Shown here: positions 25,646 to 39,225 of the stretch, piece after piece | Layout of the letters: each line of letters begins with the position of its first letter | Position numbering within the stretch: position 1 is the stretch's first letter | Source of the DNA: Chiloscyllium plagiosum | Lineage: Eukaryota | Assembly: GCF_004010195.1 (NCBI RefSeq) | Contig: NC_057754.1 | Coordinates: 4,341,681-4,405,680 of the forward strand | Length of the DNA stretch: 64,000 nucleotides | Direction: 5' to 3' | Program-made: the position numbers and the translations under genes | The notes under the pieces: generated by a model | Seen by the model: only the letters and a program-made list of their open reading frames with translations | Told to the model about the DNA's origin: nothing | Database searches by the model: none

Positions 25646-26574
25646 TACTTAACATCTTCTTGTTGCTGTCTACAATATAGCATCCCCATTGAATCAAACT
25701 CCCTTTAAATTCAGTCCCCTGTCTAGAATCTAAGTCAATAAATCCATCTCTGATTCACAGCCATCCCTCACAATCCCCCATCCAAGTTAAAAATGTTCAC
25801 CACGTATCTGGTGCTGTGCCAGTTAATGGCTTGCCAGGTTTCACTCAGGGCATTTGTGTAAGATCAGTTTCTGTTTGCTGTGAGTCATCCAGTGAATAAT
25901 TCCTTGGGCTGTAGGACAGAGACCTGCAAGTTGGCAGCTTGCATCTACAGGTTAGAGAAATCCAAGACAAGCAGGGCCTGTGTTGGAAAATTTACTTAAG
26001 GGTTCAACTGTGTTTTGTACCATCTGCCCATTCAAACCAGTATCTAATGCAAGCAGTCGACCAGACAACTCTCAGTTCAGTGTCCAACCCACCACACACC
26101 TAGCCAGTAAACGTCCAACTCCCTCAACACAAAACTTATTCTCATTCATCGGATATGGGTATCACAGGCTAGGCTAGCAGTTACTGCCCATCCCAAATTG
26201 ACCTTGAGAGGTTGATGGTGAGCTGCCTTCTTGAACAGCTACAGTCTGTTTAGTGTAGGCCCACCCACAGTGCTTTGAGAAGGTAAGTTCCAAGAATTTG
26301 GCCCCATGAGAGTGACGGAATGATGATATAATTCCAGGTTAGGATGGAGTGTGGCATGGAGAGGAATTTTCAGGAGGCAATGTTCCCATGAATCAGTTGT
26401 CCTTGTCCTAGGTGGTAGATGTCATGGGTACTGCCTAAGGGTCTGTGGTGAATTTCTGCAGTGCACTTTGGTGGTGGTGCACACTGCCGTCGCTGTGTGT
26501 TGGTGGTGTATGGAGTGAATAAGTGGTGGAAAGCGAGCCAATCTAGCAAGCTGCTTTGTCCTAGATGGCCATGG

Positions 26575-27300
26575 AGTCATAGGGTTGTACAGCATGGAAA
26601 AAGACCCTTCAGTCCAACTTGTCCATACCGACCAGATATCTTAAATTAATCTAGTCCCATTTGCCAGCATTTGATGCATATCCCTCTAAACCCTTTCTAT
26701 TCATATGCTCATTCAGATGTCTTTTAAATATTGTAATTGTAACAGCCTCCACCACTTCCTTTGGCAGCTCATTCTACATATGCACTACCCTCTGCTTGAA
26801 AAAGTTGCCCTTTAGATCTCTTTTATATCTTTCCCTTCTCTTCTTAAATCTACATCCTCTAGTATTGGACTCCCCTGACCTGGGAAAAAGACCTTGGCTA
26901 TTTAGTCTTTTCGTGCCCCTCATCATTATATAAACCTCTATAAGGTCAGCCCTCAACCTCCAACACTCCAGGGAAAACAGCCCCAGCCTATTCAGTTTCT
27001 CCCTACGGCTTAAACCCTCCAACCCTGGCAAATCTTTTCTGCACTCTTTCAAGTTTCACAATATCTTTTCTATAGCAGAGAAAGCTGAACTGAACACGGT
27101 ATTCCAAAAGTGGCTTGACAACTATCCTGTACGTTCTTAACATGATACCCCAACTCCTATACTCAATGCACTGACCAATAAAGGTGTACCAAACACCTTC
27201 TTCACTACCCTGACTACTTGTGAGTCCACCTTCAAGGAATTATGCACCCCTATTTTTTGTTTGTTTGGCAACACTCCCTAGGACCCTACCATTAAGTGTT
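26575..27300 (-). mobile_element. HER1/CR1 3' fragment
   Basis: LNRLGLFSLECWRLRADLIEVY..KGNFFKQRVV. Confidence 0.87.
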
Positions 27301-28139
27301 GACCTTCTTGAGTGTTATTGGAGCTACACCCATCCAAGCAAGAATGTTCCATCTCATTCCTGACTTGTGCCTTGTGCCTTATGGATAAGCTTTGAGGAGC
27401 CAGGAGATGAACAAGGAATTCCCAGTTTCTGACTTCCTCTTGTAGTCGTGGTCACCATCCCTTCCTTCATTTTCAGCAGCATCCAGTTTTTGGTGAACTT
27501 GCATTTCAATAGCACCTCTCACAACCTAAAACAATGTGCTCCCAATGAAACATTTGCGTGGTGCAGTCGCTGTTCTAATCTAGGAAACACAGCAGTCCAT
27601 TTTGGGCTGATTAGAGTAGATTTCTACAAAATACTATCTAGAGTCCAACCCAATCCTCACTCACCCTGTCCAGCATCTGGTCCACCTTGCCTATCAACAG
27701 AGTCCAAAGGTGCGCAGGTTAGGGCAGATTGGCCATACTAAATTGCCCATAGTGTCTGGGGATGTGCAGACTCGATGGGTTAGCTATAGAAGATGTAGGG
27801 TTACAAGGTTAGGAAAGGGGTGGGAAGCTCTTCGAAGGGTTGGTGTGGGCTGTATGGGCTGGATGGCCTGTTTCCACATGGTAGGGATTCTAATCAGATG
27901 GATGTAGAGCAGGAGTAGGCCATTCAGACCCTCGATCTGCTATTTAACAAGATCATGGCTTGTCTCATTGCAACCTGAAACCCACATTCTCACCTACTCC
28001 GATAATCTTTTACCGCCGTGTTTAACAATAGTTTATCCATCCCTGTCTTAAAAAGATTCAAAGATTTTTGTTCCCACCACCTTTCAGGAAGAGAGATCCA
28101 AAGTCATGGAAATCTGGTTCAAAGCACAGATTTGTAAAG

Positions 28140-28862
28140 CAGACCTTATATACTTAATGGTAAGGTTCTGGGGAGTGTTGCCAAACAAACAGACCTTGGA
28201 GTGCAGATTTATAGTTACTTGAAAGTGGAGTCACAGGTAGACAGGATAGTAAAGAAAGTGTTTGGTATGCTTGCCTTTATTGGTCAGTGTATTGAGTATA
28301 GCAATTGGGATGTCATGTAGCATCTGTACAGGAGATTGGTTGGTCCACTTTTGCAATACTGCATTCGATTCTGATCTCCCTGCATAGGAAAGATGCTATT
28401 AAATAGTCATAAGGATGTTGCCAGGGTTGCAGGGTTTAAGCTATAGGGAGAGGCTGAATAGGCTAGGGTGTTTTCTCTGGAGCACCAGAGGCTGAGGGGT
28501 GAACTTACAGAGGTTTATAAATCATGACCTGTAAGGATATGGTGAATAGCCAAGGTCTTTTTCCCAGGTTAGGGGAGTCCAAAACCAGAGGGCATTGGTT
28601 TAAGATGAGAGGGGAAAGATGTAAAAGGGACATAAGGGGCAACCTTTTCACGCAGAGGGTGATGTGTGTATGTAATGAGCTGCCAGAGGAAGTAGTGGAG
28701 GCTGGTACAATTACAGCATTTAAAAGGCATGCCAGATGGATATATGAAAAGGGAGGTTTTAGAGTGATATGGGCCAAATGCTGGCAATTGGGACTAGATT
28801 AATTTAGGATATCTGGTCTGTAAGGACGAGTTGGACTGAAGGGTCATTTTCCTTGCTGTAAA
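28140..28862 (+). mobile_element. HER1/CR1 3' fragment
   Basis: RGNLFTQRVMCVCNELPEEVVEAGTITAFKRH. Confidence 0.88.
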
Positions 28863-29029
28863 TCTGTCTCACTGAATAAGGAGAATACCTTTATGTGCAA
28901 TACCTTGTTTTATGATCCGAAGTTCTAGATTCTCCCCTGAAAGGAAACATCCTGTCCACCTCCATCCTGTCAAGATCCCCCAGAATGTCATATCTCAGTC
29001 GATTATGGCCAAGTAATTTTTGAACACAA

Positions 29030-29290
29030 CATGGTTCAGACATAGAGTAAAGCACATTTACACTGAACCTATCAAAAACTCTCAGGACAGGGATATCATG
29101 GGGTTAGATACTGAGTAAAGCTCCCTGTACTCTTTCTCCATCAAACACTCACAGGACAGGGACAGCACAGTGTGAGATACAAAGCAAAGACTCCTCCACC
29201 CTGTCCCCCATCAAACGCTCCCAGGACAGGAACAGCATGGGGGTTAGATACAGAGTGAACAGCTTCGACTCTGTCCCCATCAAATACAGC
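29030..29290 (+). repeat. About 69-bp satellite, 3-4 units
   Basis: ggttagatacagagtaaagctccct..ctgtccccatcaaacactcccaggacagggacagc units. Confidence 0.8.
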
Positions 29291-30164
29291 CCTGATGTAG
29301 AACTCATAACCAGCATAGGAAATAAGCAGAACGTCTTTGCTCATACAGAGGTTAAAAAAAAGGTAAACCACTTTTATAAACCCCGTATTTCGGGTAGATT
29401 GTGCAGAATGCAACTAAGACGAAATGTTGCTGTAGTGAGGTGAGAGTGCCTGTTTAAATAGCATTTAATTCTAAAAAAAAACAAATTAACAACTTAAAAA
29501 TGCATGTCTCGCCTCACTTAAGAAATAATCAGCCACATAAAATGTTTATGAAGATGTGAAGCTGTGACTAACACTTTCACTCAATGCCCAGGAGATGTTG
29601 CTTTTGGCCCTGATCTGCTGTATCATGTGACACTTATTTATTTATGCAATTCTTCAGCAGTTTCACTGTCTGTTCTCTTCCCTGATTCAACTGAGCAGCT
29701 TACATCGAAAGATGAACAGACAACGCAGCTTTGTTCAAGATGTGCCTTCTTAATTCCATCTCAGTCACCCAGTATCCCAACAACTTTAAGGAATACTGTT
29801 GGCTCTTTCCAGCCTCTTCAGGTTAATAGTAGATATTCTTGACAGTGGGGTCGTGCTCACAGACCACTTGCCTAGTGTTCGGCCCACAGTTTAAATAACC
29901 TGATGACTGGGACTTATTAAAACGTGAATCCACTTTCACAGTAGGATCCGGACGTACACTTTTTACAGCTTGTTAAATCAAATCTCATTACTCATTGGGA
30001 AACAGTGAGCGATTTGGCCGTCACAATGTACACTGCTGTGTCCATTCCTCATCACATCTGCAGACCCCTGCAGTCATGACCCACTGCACTGTCTCCTGAG
30101 CTGTTAACTCGTTCCTCGCCAGTGACTTCAAAACACTGGAATTCCTCACAATTTACAGAATTCC

Positions 30165-30383
30165 AGATGGAAGGAATGAAAGAACTGCGAATGCTGTTAA
30201 TCAGAAGTTGCTGGAAAAGCTCAGCTGGTGTGAAGAGATAGCAGAGTTCACGGTTCGGGTCTGGCGACCCTTTCCTCAGAACTGTTCTGAGGAAGGAGTC
30301 ACCGGCCCCGAAAGGTGAACTCTGATTTCACTCCTTGGTCATCGACCAGACCTGCTGAGCTTTTCCAGCAATTTCTGCTTTGG
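30165..30383. mobile_element. Fold-back PLE-terminus insertion with two divergent degenerate hammerheads and 11-bp flanking repeat
   Basis: Symmetry centre ttcctcagaac-t-gttctgaggaa (30283); outer arms ttgctggaaaagctcagc / gctgagcttttccagcaa; ttacagaattc at 30153-30163 and 30384-30394. Confidence 0.72.
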
Positions 30384-30427
30384 TTACAGAATTCTGGAAC
30401 CTTATTAGTATCACCTAACCATTACAC

Positions 30428-31510
30428 AGAGTCATAGAAAACACCATGAAAACAGACCCTTCGGTACAACTCGTCTATGCCAACCAGATATCCTAAAGTA
30501 ATCTAGTCCCACTTGCCAGCACTTGGCCCATTTCCCTCTAAACCCTTTATGTTCAAGTGCCATCCAGATGCCTTTTAAATTCTGTAATTGTACTAGACTT
30601 CACCACCTCCTCCGGCAGCTCATTTTATATATGCACCAGCCTCTGCATATCTTTCCCCTCCCATCTTAAACCTCTACTTTTGGATTCCCAGGGAAAAGAT
30701 CTTGACTATTCACCCTATCCATGCCCCACTTGATTTTATAAACCTCTATAAGGTCATCCTTCAGTTTCTGACACTCCAGGGAAAATAGCCCAGCCTATTC
30801 AGCCTCTCCTGATAGCTCAAACCCTCCAACCCTGACAACATCCTCACAAATGGGGTGGCACAGTGGCCTCACAGCACCAGGGTCCCAGGTTCAATTCCAG
30901 CTTCGGGTGACTGTCTGTGTGGAGTTTGCACGTCCTCCATGTGTCTGTGTGGGTTTCCTCTGGGTGCTCCGGTTTCCTCCCACAGTCACAAAGATGTGCA
31001 GGTCAGGTGAATTATCCATAGTGTTCGGTGCATTAGTCAGAGGGAATAGGTCTGGGTGGGTTACCCTTTGGAGGGTTGGTGTGGACTGGTTGGGCCGAAG
31101 GGCCTGTCCCCACACTGGGGAATCGTAATAATAAATCTTTCCTGCATCCTTTCAAGTTTACCAACATATTTCCTATAGCAGGGAGACCAGAATTGAATGC
31201 AGTTTTCCAAAAGTGGCCTGACCAATGTCCTGTACAACCACAACATGACATCCCAACTCCTATTCTCAATGCACTGACCAATAAAGGCAAGATGTGGAGG
31301 TGCCGGTGTTGGACTGAGGTGGACAAAGTTAAAAATCACACAATACCTAGGAGCAGTGCTCCGAAAGCTAATACTTCCAAATAAACCTGTTGGACTATCA
31401 CCTGATGTTGTGTGATTTTTAACAATAAAGGCAAGCGTACCAAATGCCATCTTTACTACTGTGTCTACCTGTGACTCCACCTTCAGGAAACTATGAACCT
31501 GCACCCCCTC
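30428..31510 (-). mobile_element. HER1/CR1 3' fragment with nested HE1 SINE (+, about 30853-31105) and PLE-type insertion
   Basis: VQVHSFLKVESQVDTVVKMAF..LYRTLVRPLLENCIQFWSPCYRK. Confidence 0.88.
31292..31422. mobile_element. Short fold-back PLE-type insertion with partial hammerhead and 13-bp TSD
   Basis: caataaaggcaag at 31279-31291 and 31423-31435; inverted gttaaaaatcacacaa / ttgtgtgatttttaac; helix II plus GAAA remnant ggagcagtgctcc-gaaagcta. Confidence 0.68.
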
Positions 31511-32332
31511 TCTCACAGGAATTAGGACAGAGGTAATCTGATGTTCACTTTCCCTTTGAAGACCTCTCCACGTAAACAGTGGAGAAACTTAAATAACTTT
31601 TATTCTTACAAAAAGAAAACCCAGACATTTGCTGCTTATTTGAGAAATTCCCAAACACATCACTCAGGGAAAGAAAACAGATTACCGGATTAAAAGGCTG
31701 CCCACTCTCTGGCAGTAGCGTGGGAGCAGGCTGTGGAATGGTACATGACAAAGGCAGGGAACCCAGAGCGAGAACACGCACACACAACAAAACAGCATAA
31801 TTACCACATTTACCTGATTTGGGACAATGAGACTGAAATGTTATATTCTGAGACTTTGAGAAAGTCCCAAAGCCTTGAAGCAACTTTGCCATAATCAACG
31901 ATTTTTGCTAAGAACCAGGTTTTGTTCAGTCACATTTCATTACTGTGGACTAATGGCCAACTATTAAACCCTTGCTGAGTCAAATTTCAAGGCTCCTCTC
32001 CCACTCTGTGAACATACACATTAGGAGCTGAAGTAGATCATTTCAGCAGCTGCAACCTGCTTTCCCATTCAGTGGGACCGTGGTCAATCTGCTGGTGTCC
32101 TGAATTCCATATTCCCATCTATCCTCAAGAACCTTTGAACCTCCTGCCTAATAAGAATTTATCTACCTCCATCTTTATAATCAGTCAAAGGCCCTGTCTC
32201 CACTGCTTTTTGCGACAGAGTCTCGAAGTCACTCCGCCTTCAGAGAAAAGAAACTCCCTTATTCTGTCCAAAAAAGGGTGATCCCTAATTTTAAAACTAT
32301 ACCCCTTCCTGCTGAACTCACTGGCATTGTTG

Positions 32333-32630
32333 GCACAGTGGTTAGCACTGCTGCCTCACAGTGCCAGGGACCCGGGTTCAATTCCACCCTCGGGTGACTG
32401 CCTGTGTGGTATTTGCATATTCTCCCTGTTTCTGTGTGGCTTTCCTCCCACAGTCCAAAGTTGTGCAGGTTAGGCAGATTGGCCATGCTAAATTACGTAC
32501 AGGGTCTGGGGATGTGTAGGCTAGATGGATTAGTCAGTGGAAATGCAAGATTTTGGAATAGTTTGGGTGAACTGGGTCAATGTGGACTCAATGGGCTGAA
32601 TAGCCTTTTTCTGCACTGTAGGGACTCTAC
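32333..32630 (+). mobile_element. HE1-type V-SINE
   Basis: Head, V-core and tail present. Confidence 0.82.
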
Positions 32631-33463
32631 ATAAGAATCTTCTACATAAGAGGAAACACCCTTTCTGCATTCTCCTTGTCAAGACCATTACATTTTGAGC
32701 TTCAATCAAATCACCCTTCATTCCACTGCAATAACCCTAATCCTAATTCTGACCCTAAACAAGCCCAGTTTGTCCAATCTTTTCCTTATCAGACATCCAC
32801 TCATTCCCAGGTATCAATCAAATAAACCTCCTCTGAACCATCTCCAATGGTATTCACGTAAATAAGGAGACCAGATTTTAACAGACTGCACGAAATCCTT
32901 CAGCTTTCTCCAGGTTTGAGTCCCTGATTCTTACTGGGATATAGATCCAACAGAAAATGTCCACTTCTTGTAGCTCACCCAAGCAGTTTCTCTCCAATGT
33001 ATAAGCCCAGTGTGAATTCCATCATCCACTTGACTGGGCATATAGTCTAAGCTGACAGTACCAACACTACCAGAGGAGTACAATTCCATGAAATCTAGGG
33101 TCCCAACCACCTTCTTTGGGAGATGTTGAAAATCCTAAAGTGTTGTTTCTGATAAAGACTGGTGACTGCTTTGTAGGCCTCTCTCACCAATATTTCAGCC
33201 TCGGCCAAAATTCACTGAATAAGTGACCGACAGGCAGCACACCACAAAGGAACATGAACAGGAATGAAAGTAAGAGCCAGTCAAAGAAGCAGAGTTGATG
33301 TAAGTGCTATCTTAAAAGGAGATGGGAGAGGCATTTAGGAAGGGAATAACTTGAGGCTGTACAGGATGTTGGTGATTCCTCTTCTATGGTACTGTGTCCA
33401 GTTCTGGTCACCCAGTTACTGGAAAGATATTGTTAAGATAGAGAGGGTTCAGGAGAGATTTGA

Positions 33464-33760
33464 TTAGATTAGTTTCCCTACAGTATGGAAACAGGCCCTT
33501 CGGCCCAACCAGTCCACACCGACCCTCCAAAGAGTAACCCACCCAGACCCATTTCCCTCTGACTAACACTATGGGGCAACTTAGCACACCCAATCCACCC
33601 TAACCTGCACATCTTTGGACTGTGGGAGGAAACCGGAGCACCCGGAGGAAACCCACACAGAATGTGCAAACTCCACACAGACAGTCACCCAAGGCTGGAG
33701 TCGGACCTGGGACCCTGGTGCTGTGAGGCAGCAGTGCTAACCACTGAGCCACCGTGCCAG
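33464..33760 (-). mobile_element. HE1-type V-SINE nested in a HER1/CR1 fragment (about 33355-33850, +)
   Basis: LINE frame RMLPGMEGLSYKERLDRLG resumes after the SINE head. Confidence 0.85.
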
Positions 33761-34281
33761 CCCAGGATGTTACCAGGTATGGAGGGTTTGAGTTATAAAG
33801 AAAGGCTGGATAGGCTGGGACTTCTTTCACTGGAGCGTAGAAGGTTGAGGGCTTATGCTGAACCTCTGAAGGCACTGCATTCCCTCGGTATTGGCACTGT
33901 GAGTGTAAGTTTAAGACTATGAACTTTGGTTGTCTGGAGTTGGACTCAAAACAACAGACCCTGTAAACTGTGGACAGAGAAGGAAAGTCAGCCGGCATTC
34001 AGCATTCAATACACAATGATACCTGTTGGGAAATGAGGTGCACTGATCAGTTTCTACAGTATATCCCCCACAGTAGATTGGACTGTTGAAATTCACAGTC
34101 CAGGCTTACACTTGAGTGAATTCCTATTTTGAATGGGGCAGGGGAAGGATAGGGAAAGCACCCTGAATGAGTGAGTACATTCAAGAGGGATGGGTTGGAA
34201 ACTGGGATTCAGGAATACAAAATATTGGTAGAAAATTGAAGCATATTGTTCAGAAGATAAACTGCACATGTAAAAGCTTGA

Positions 34282-34612
34282 GGCGATGGGTGACTCAGTG
34301 GTTAGCACTGCTGCTTCACAGTGTCAGGGACTGGATTCAATTTCAGCCTCGTGTGACAGTCTATGTGGAGTTCGCACATTCTCCCCGTGTCTATGTGGGG
34401 TTTCCTCCAGGTGCTCTGGCTTCCTCCCACAGTCCAAAGATTTGCAGATTAGAGTGGATTGGCCATGTTCGATTGTCCCTTGGGATGTACAAGCTAGGTG
34501 GATTAGTCATGAGAAATGTGGAGGTAGGGTTGGTGTGTCTGGATGGGATGCTTGTTGGAGGGTCGGTGTAGACTTGATGGGCTGACTGGCCTGTTTCCAC
34601 TCTATAAGGATT
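34282..34612 (+). mobile_element. HE1-type V-SINE
   Basis: Head, V-core and tail present. Confidence 0.83.
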
Positions 34613-35085
34613 GTTTGATCCAAGGCAAAGATGTATTACACTAAATAAGATATATTTAGGTGCTACTGATCAGGTCCGATTTGTGAGAAAAAGTTCATAT
34701 ATTATTAAAAATCTCGTGTACACACACAATTTCCTGGCTAACACCCTGAATTTTAGACACACATTTATAGTGGAGATGCCATATGTAAACTATTGTCTGC
34801 AACAACGTAGTTGCAGACATTGGCCAACAGGGAGTGCTGTGAGCAAACATCTGTTTTGTCTTTCTCTCTCTCAACTGACTTGGCCAAACATGCACAACAG
34901 AAAGACCTCACTTTCTCAAATTAAGTTCATGACAAGACTTTCATCTGAGCCCCAGATCCAACCACCCCTAATCTAAATGGATGTAATACTGCAGGTGCAG
35001 CAGAGTGCTGCACTGTCAGAGGCTCCCCTGTTTTTGAGGGCATTAGAAATAATAAAGCAAACATTTTTGGCCATCAGTTCATTTA

Positions 35086-35425
35086 GAATCACGGAATCCC
35101 TACAGCGTGGGGCAGGCCATTCAGCCCATGAAGTTCACACCAACCATCCAGCCAGCCCAGACCTTCCCCCTACCCTGTAACCCTGCATTTCCCATGGCTA
35201 ATCCACTTAGCCTGCACAACCCTGAACACTATGGGGCAATTGAGTTTGGCCAATCCAGCCTAACCTGCACATTGTTGGACTGTGGAAGGAAACTGGAGCA
35301 CCTGGAGGGAACGCACACAGGTACGGGGAAACATGCAAACTCCACACAGTCGCCTGAGGGTGGGGTCAAACCTGGATCCCTGGCGCTGTAAGGCAGCAGT
35401 GCTAACCACTGAGCGCCACACCACC
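35086..35425 (-). mobile_element. HE1-type V-SINE
   Basis: Reverse complement of head, V-core and tail. Confidence 0.83.
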
Positions 35426-35988
35426 CCCACTTGTCACTCAAACATCGCAGCCAGAAATAGACGGACTGGTCATTCTCTAGCCTCTGGAGGCTACAATAAC
35501 AAATGACAGCCACAATGCCTACATAATTATAGTCAAAAGCCTTCGAACTGTGATTCATTCTCAGGAGCACTTTAAAATGTTTATTTGTACAAGCTCTTTC
35601 TTTCCTCCTTTGCTTTTTGAATTACAGCTACTAAGTTGTTGAAAGCAGAGATTACCAGACCTCTTTCCCTCCATCTGCCTGTTGGTCTGTACCCACATTC
35701 CTGTCAAGTGCTCCATGCCACACTAATAGAGGTAATTATTCTGCAAATATAACTGACCCCTAGGAGCCAAAGCACAGCACAGCAAGGTTCCACATCCACC
35801 CAGTGCTGCGTATAATTCTATTTGAAGCGAAATGATCCAAGGAATCATGATTTAAAATAATAATTACATGACGTCAATTTTATTTTCAATTTACACAATC
35901 ACACTGTTGAACACTGCCTGCTAATCAGGGGAAATACTGTCAGAGTTGGGAACTTAACATTTTCCATTTCAGACCGTATCAAACAATC

Positions 35989-36568
35989 AGGTTAGATACA
36001 GAGTAAAGCTCTCTCTACACTGTTCCCATCGCACACTTCCAGGACAGGGGCAGCATGGGGTCAGATATAGAGTAAAGCTCTCTCTACACTGTCCCCCATC
36101 AAACATTCCCTGGAACAGGGACAGCACTGGGTTAGATACAGAGTAAAGTTCTCTCTACACTGTCCCCATTAAACACTCCCAGGACAGGGACAGCACGGAG
36201 TTAGATACAGAGTAAAGCTCCCTCTATACTGTCAATTTCAAACATTTGCAGGCAAGTTACAGCACCGTGCTAGATACAAAGTAAAACTCCCTCAACACTT
36301 CCCCCAACAAACATTCCCAGGACAGGGACAGCAATGGATTTGATAAGAGTAAACCTGTTTCTATCTACACTGTCCCCATCACACATCCCCAGGAGAGGGA
36401 CAGCATGGCGTTAGATGCAGAGTAAAGCTCTCTCTACACTATCCCCATCAAACACTCCCAGGACAGGGACAGCACAGGGTTAGATACAGAGTAAAGCTCC
36501 CTTTACAATGTCCCCATTACACACTCCCAGGATACCAGGATGGGAGGGGAGGTTAGACACAGAGTAAG
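35989..36568 (+). repeat. About 69-bp satellite, about 8 units
   Basis: GGTTAGATACAGAGTAAAGCTCYCTCTACACTGTCCCCATCAAACACTCCCAGGACAGGGACAGCA, spacing 69-71 bp. Confidence 0.92.
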
Positions 36569-37344
36569 ATGTATAATGATTGCTTGTCTTGCTGGTTATC
36601 CTACTTTTACAAGGATTTGAAGACAGCACAGAGGAAGCAGATGTGATTTAGTCGGATCGATTCAGAGATGTGATGCGTTCATTAACTGTTTTATTAAAAG
36701 TATAAAGAATGCTGAAGAATGTAGGTTAGGGAGGAGAACATTAGAAAGTGTTCACAATTTTGAGTCGAGTCAATAGAGATAAGTTGGGAAAAAGCAAGTG
36801 GAACCACTTGGCTTTCTGTTGAGGATGGTCACCAATAAGGCAGAGAGAAAGCTTGGGAGAATGTCGTTTTCTTTAGGTAAAATATGCGTCGGGACATGGG
36901 TTACTTGACCATAAACTGCGGATGCAGCAAAACTCATAAGAGGTCTTACATTGGAAGTGGATAAATATTTGAAAAGCAAACATTTCAAAGGGTATGTGGA
37001 ATGAGCACGGAGATAGGAACATGTGGCTAGCTCTTTCTAGGAGTTAGTGTAGGATGAAGTGAACTAAAAGGTCCACTGTGCTGTAAAATTCTCCCGTTCT
37101 CTGATACGAAACAGCGCCACGTCAAAAGACTGTGGGACAAGTTGAGTTCTATTTTACCAAACATACCTTTTGGTGTTTGGTTAATATTTTAGAAATTCCC
37201 TCGCAACCCAGGGTAAGTCGGACGTCTGGGCCAACACTGGACAGATGAAACCGCAGAGCTGGAGACTGGGCCTCTCGCCAGGCAGAGCAGCGTGGGTTCA
37301 AATCTCAGACCCAGAGGAACGGGGCACAATCCAAGCCAGCAAAG

Positions 37345-38150
37345 TGACCTGAGGGGCAACCGTTTCATGCAGAGGGTGGTGCGTTTGTGGAATGAACTGC
37401 CAGAGGAAGTGGTGGAGGCAGGTACAACTTACGTTGCTTTGCCAGAGGAATGGCAAATAAAGATACCTTGGTGTTCACTTCAGAGTTCATGAAAAGCTGA
37501 GTTGCAGGTAGATACAATGGTGAAGGAGGCGTTTGGTATACACGTCTTTATTGGTCAGTGCATTGAGTATAGGGATTGGAAGATCATATTGCGGCTGTAC
37601 AGGACATTGGTTAGGCCACTTTTGGAATACTGCATTCAATTCTGTTCTCCCTTGCTATAGTGAAAGATGTTGTTAATATTCAGAGGCTTCAGAAAAGACT
37701 TACAAAGATGTTACTAGCGTTGGAGGATTTGACTACAGGGAGAGGCTGCATAGGCTGGGGCTATTTTCCCTGGAGTATCAGAAGCTGAGGTCACCTTTAT
37801 AAAATGATGAGGGGGCAAGGATAGGGTGAACAGCCAAGGTTTCTTCCCCAGGGCAGGGGAGTACAAAACTAGAGAGCATAAGTTTCAGGTGAGAGGGGAA
37901 AGATTTAAAAGGGACCTAAGGGACAACATTTCCATGCAGACAGTGGTGCCTATATGGAATGCGCTGCCAGAGAAAGTGGTGGAGGCGGGCACAATTGTAA
38001 CGTTCAAAAGGCAACTGGTTGGATATTTCAATAGGAAGGGTTTACAGGGATATGGGCCAAATGCTGGTAAATGAGACTGGATTAATTTCGGATATCTGGT
38101 TGGCATGGACGAGTTGGATCTGAAGGGTCTGTTTCCATGCTGTACATCTC
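37345..38150 (+). mobile_element. HER1/CR1 3' fragments (rearranged)
   Basis: WNELPEEVVEAGT at about 37390 and again (WNALPEKVVEAGT) at about 37960. Confidence 0.85.
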
Positions 38151-38456
38151 AGTGTGGGTGGAGAAGAATTCTGCAGGCCTTTAGCAATGAGATCTTTCAC
38201 ATGTTCCTGAGTGGGAGGGAGGGCGGTGTCCTTAAAAGACCACAGCCTCCTGCAGCAGGCCCAACCTTCATCCACATCTCACCACCAGTGTACCACGAGC
38301 CAATGTTTAGCCCTCAAGTAACATCCACTGAACTAAAACAAATCACCCGGTTGCCATTTTGTTGGATCTTGCTATGCATCCTACATTCTGACAGTAATGT
38401 TGTTTCAATAAGTACCTCATTGGCTGTGGGGTACTTGTAGGCGCTCCAGGGGCAAA

Positions 38457-38766
38457 TCATAGAATCCAGTGCGGAAGCATGCCATCCAACCCATATCAAC
38501 CCTCCAAAGAGCATCACACTCAGAGCCACCCTCTTACCCCCATCACCCTGCATTTCCCATGGCTAATCCATTAGCCTACACATCCGAGGACAATTTAGCA
38601 CAGCCAACCTGACCTAATTTTCACATCTTTGGATTGTGGGAGGAAACCCACACAGTCGCAGGGAGAATGTACAAACTCCACACAGAAAATCGTCTATGTC
38701 TGGAATTGAACCCTGGTCCCTGACGCTGTGAGGAGCAGTGCTAACAATTGAGCCATTGTGCTGCCC
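38457..38766 (-). mobile_element. HE1-type V-SINE
   Basis: Reverse complement of head, V-core and tail. Confidence 0.8.
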
Positions 38767-38899
38767 GAAGTACACCTCTCCCTTCCCACTGTCTTATGTA
38801 CTGATTTACTTTATGTACTTACGTATATTATGTACTTGTGACACGATGATTATAGCGAAGTTTCTCACACTATGGCTCAAGCTCGAATACAAATGTAAG

Positions 38900-39225
38900 G
38901 AGATGGCCTGGTGGTATCATCACTGGACTATTAATCCAGAAACCCAAGTAATGTTCTGGGGAACTGCGTTTGAATCCCATAATGGCAGATAGTGGAATTT
39001 GAATTAAAGAAAAATCTAGAATTAAGAGTCTAATGATGACCATGAGTCAATTGTTAGAAAAGCCCATCTGGTTTACTAATGTCCTTCAGGGGAGGAATCT
39101 ACTATCCGGACCAGATCTGACCTTCATGTGACTCCAGACCTACAGCAATGTGGTTGACCCTGGGCAATTAGGGATGGGCAATAAATGCTGGCCTCCCCAA
39201 CGATGCACTCATCCCATGAATGAAT
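38900..39225 (+). mobile_element. Second tRNA-headed SINE family with L2/CR1-like tail
   Basis: Head ggcctggtggtatcatcactggactattaatccaga..gtttgaatccc; body gtgactccagacc.acagcaatgtgg; tail gggcaattagggatgggcaataaatgctgg. Other copies at about 11578, 40160-40625(-), 53240-53890(-), 54875-55285, 57635-57955(-), 59445-59720. Confidence 0.7.

Noticed and set aside
24673..25708. Pro/His/Thr-rich ORFs up to 304 aa
   Set aside because: Products of the 46-bp array cycling through frames on a strand poor in stop codons.
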